A stretch of DNA of 64,000 nt from Azolla caroliniana. Its lineage: Eukaryota > Plantae > Polypodiophyta. The DNA is taken from NCBI GenBank assembly GCA_043228905.1, contig JBHGNT010000003.1, positions 4,588,001 to 4,652,000 of the forward strand, in the 5' to 3' direction. Made by a program: the position numbers and the translations under genes. Shown piece after piece: positions 61,801 through 64,000 of the stretch. A model generated the notes under the pieces. The model was not told where the DNA came from, searched no databases, and was given only the letters and a program-made list of their open reading frames with translations. Position 1 is the stretch's first letter, and each line of letters begins with the position of its first letter.

Positions 61801-63280
61801 TTACACAAGATACAAGCATATTTATCTACTCATCTACATTAAGCTCAACAAACACACAAGGTTTACACGGATCGTCATCGGCTTCCATCGATATTGGGAA
61901 TGCACATCATCCCGGGACCAGTGTAAGAAGTTGTTGTGGTTGTCACAGGAGAAGTACGTGACAAAGGTGCTTCAACGGTTCAACATGTCAGAGGGGAAAC
62001 CAATCGGATCGACACTTCCGGCAAAATGCAAGCTATCCGGAAAACAAAGCTCGAGGACAAAGGCACAGAAGACGGATATGAGGAAGATACCATATGCCTC
62101 TAGTGTCGGAAGCTTAATGTACGCAATGGTGTGCACCCGGCCGGATATCGGATATGCAGTCGGAGTGGTGAGCCGGTTCATGAGCAATCCCAGAAAAGAG
62201 TACTGGAACGCGGTCAAGTGGATACTCTGGTATCTGAAAGGCACCTCAAGTATGTGCCTCCGGTCCGGCTTCGGTAATCCCCAACTTGACGGATTCATGG
62301 ATTCGGATATGTCGGCTGATGTAGATACCAACTGGTCGACATCCGGATATGTCATGACTTATGTAGGGGGAGTTGTTTCGTGGCAATTGAGGTTGCAGAA
62401 GACGATTGCGCTGTCAACCATGGAGGCAGAGTACATGGCAATTGTGGAAGCTAGCAAGGAGATAATCTGGATGAAGGACTTCATCGGAGAGCTAGGGATC
62501 CAATTGGAGGAATAATGACTCCACAACCATAGTCAAAGTACCATCCACCTTGCAAAGAACGCGGCCTACCATTCTCGGACGATCCATCAGAGGTACCACT
62601 AGATCCGAGAGAGAGTAGAAGATCAAGAGTTCGTGCTGACGAAAATCCACATGGAGGAGAACGGGTCGTATATGCTGACCAAGGTGTTGAAAACCGACAA
62701 GCTGGAAGCGTGCCGAAAGAAAATCGGGCTGGCGAGACATCCCATGCCGGAGTGAAGGGGGAGATTGTTGGGAAATCGGTCCCTCCGGATGGGATCCGTT
62801 TATGAATGAAGAGGACCCGGTGAGAACCGGAAGAGATTTGGAAACCAGAGGAGACCAGGTGAGAATCGAAAGAGAAGACATACTTGTAAATATGTTATGA
62901 GTAAATAGGTTATATTTGTAAATAGCCCTAAGTTCATATAAGTATAAATATGACTTAGGGCAATCACTTTAGTGGTGTGGTGTTTTTGTCATATTGTTGT
63001 ATGTGTATAACTGCTGTACAAGTAGAGAGTGAGAGAGAATGAGAGAGTAGCTACGAGCACTTTGTTGTAACCGCCGTCTGGCGAAGATACAGAGCACAAT
63101 GTATTTGACAAGGTAAAAGCTGAAACACTTCCTCATCTTCCCATCGATTTACAACCAGGAAAAGAGTCATCGTGAGGACCGATTTACAGCTTGTCACCAA
63201 CCAAGTTGGAAGTCCTTCGAGCCTACATAGAGGAGAATTTGGCAAGTAGGTTTATTCTTCATTCGAAATCTCCGGCTAGT

Positions 63281-64000
63281 TGTTAAGAGTCTATTACTAA
63301 TCAATAGACCAAACTAAAGTAAAAGAAAAAAAATAGAATGGATAGAAGAACCCATTCCACCCGACCACCCTCGAGCTATGATCTAGACATAGCCAACCTA
63401 CCACTGACGTCCCATACCGCCGGATAATAGGATGACTAATACCTTGGAAGAGATAAACACGATCGTCGAGACGAAAGCCTAGACCGCACCACCGGTGTCT
63501 AAGACAACAGCCTTCCGATGTTATGTGATTATGAGGGTAGCTAAGCCTCATACTTATACCTTTTCCTAGGCCCCTTGAATAGATGTTTCTTTCTAAAAGG
63601 CTCTCCATTCATTGGTTGTCCCAATCATGATGGTGCATGCACCTATCATTCCTTCTATCCAATCATTAGTTCCCTTTTTAACATTAGTGAACATACCCTT
63701 CACTAATGTAAATATTGGTGACCTACCCTCACCAACGTTATGTGTACATAACATACTCCCCTACTTCAAAAGATTGCACTCTTGCAATATAAAGTGAGAA
63801 AATTGTTCCCTAAGAGTATGCTCGCGTTCCCATGTGGCATCATTAATAGGTTTATCCATCCATTTGATCTTGAATAGCCGAATCTCTTTAGAACGTAAAC
63901 ATTTAGTACGAGAATCAAGAATTCGTTCAGGAACATGAGGTTTGTAAGAAAAATCCTCTAATGTTACAAGATCTTGGATTATGATGGTGTTATCACCAGA
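63281..64000 (-). mobile_element. 3' end of chromovirus G: chromodomain (~63764-63945), PPT 63754-63767, 3' LTR 63281-63753; runs off the right edge
   Basis: Minus-strand translation PERILDSRTKCLRSKEIRLFKIKWMDKPINDATWEREHTLREQF, then gaagtaggggagta and TGTTATG...TTAACA. Confidence 0.88.

Larger units (their letters stand above)
44915..61889 (+). mobile_element. Ty3/gypsy element E (same family as D), degenerate: 44915-45249, ~47590-48388, 58221-61889
   Basis: LTR very similar to 35248-35550; gag METVSAQEYQ (47860) continues across the F insertion; LLDSGANS; RT YLDD (~59983); RH EVDASD; IN CDTC, LDFITDLP, SDRGP; 3' end deleted. Confidence 0.9.
41701..63097 (+). mobile_element. Copia element C (same family as B): 5' LTR 41701-42231, PBS 42235-42246, gag-PR-IN 42260-44914, RT-RH ~61890-62755, PPT, truncated 3' LTR 62766-63097
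   Basis: MEESFGGMFKLTGSNY; CFYCGKPGHFQKNC; WVVDSGASFH; KLDPKSRPCIFLGY; PYASSVGSLMYA; ggagtgaagggggagat then an LTR alignable with the 5' LTR. Confidence 0.88.
35248..63280 (+). mobile_element. Ty3/gypsy element D (Tcn1/sushi-like gag), degenerate and fragmented: 35248-35589, 40185-41700, 63098-63280
   Basis: LTR begins TGTCATGA; gag MATVSAQEYQ...KEPKIGLP; MEID and RLCLYCGGPGHIAINC; protease LLDSGANSCF; RT start PIDLQPGK...GPIYSLS resumes at ~63098. The LTR 3' boundary is unresolved. Confidence 0.82.

Noticed and set aside
1-64000. CRISPR arrays, rRNA genes, prokaryotic operons or organellar insertions
   Set aside because: No repeat-spacer array or rRNA-like sequence was seen; spliceosomal introns and plant retroelements account for the content.

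Overview
Eukaryotic plant nuclear DNA. A non-seed vascular plant such as a fern is inferred from the transposon families, not proven. There is one host gene: a 4-exon GH3 acyl-acid amido synthetase on the minus strand (16917-13492, about 713 aa). Its promoter carries a tight cluster of auxin-response elements (IR8, DR5 and ER14 spacings) plus a TATA box. The rest is transposon-derived or AT-rich intergenic DNA. 1-8 kb holds broken Ty1/copia and Ty3/gypsy pieces and three solo LTRs with target-site duplications (TSDs). A hAT MITE lies at 9.9-10.4 kb and very old retroelement debris at 18-28.5 kb. 28.5-64 kb is a nest about seven levels deep: old gypsy > copia A > copia B > gypsy D > copia C > gypsy E > intact gypsy F, plus two LINEs and a chromovirus 3' end. 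Main leads: (i) tRNA-shaped Pol III A/B-box cassettes placed antisense at the 5' tip of gypsy-type LTRs in two different families; (ii) two different LINEs inserted at the same (TC)n site of two paralogous elements, sharing a covarying 3' stem-loop; (iii) a very young 9.8-kb gypsy element with apparently identical LTRs, no canonical polypurine tract (PPT) and an extra ~885-codon PMD-like/coiled-coil ORF; (iv) recoding signals, namely a -1 frameshift hairpin and an in-frame ORF1-UAG-ORF2 junction. All calls come from reading the sequence by eye; no database searches were run.
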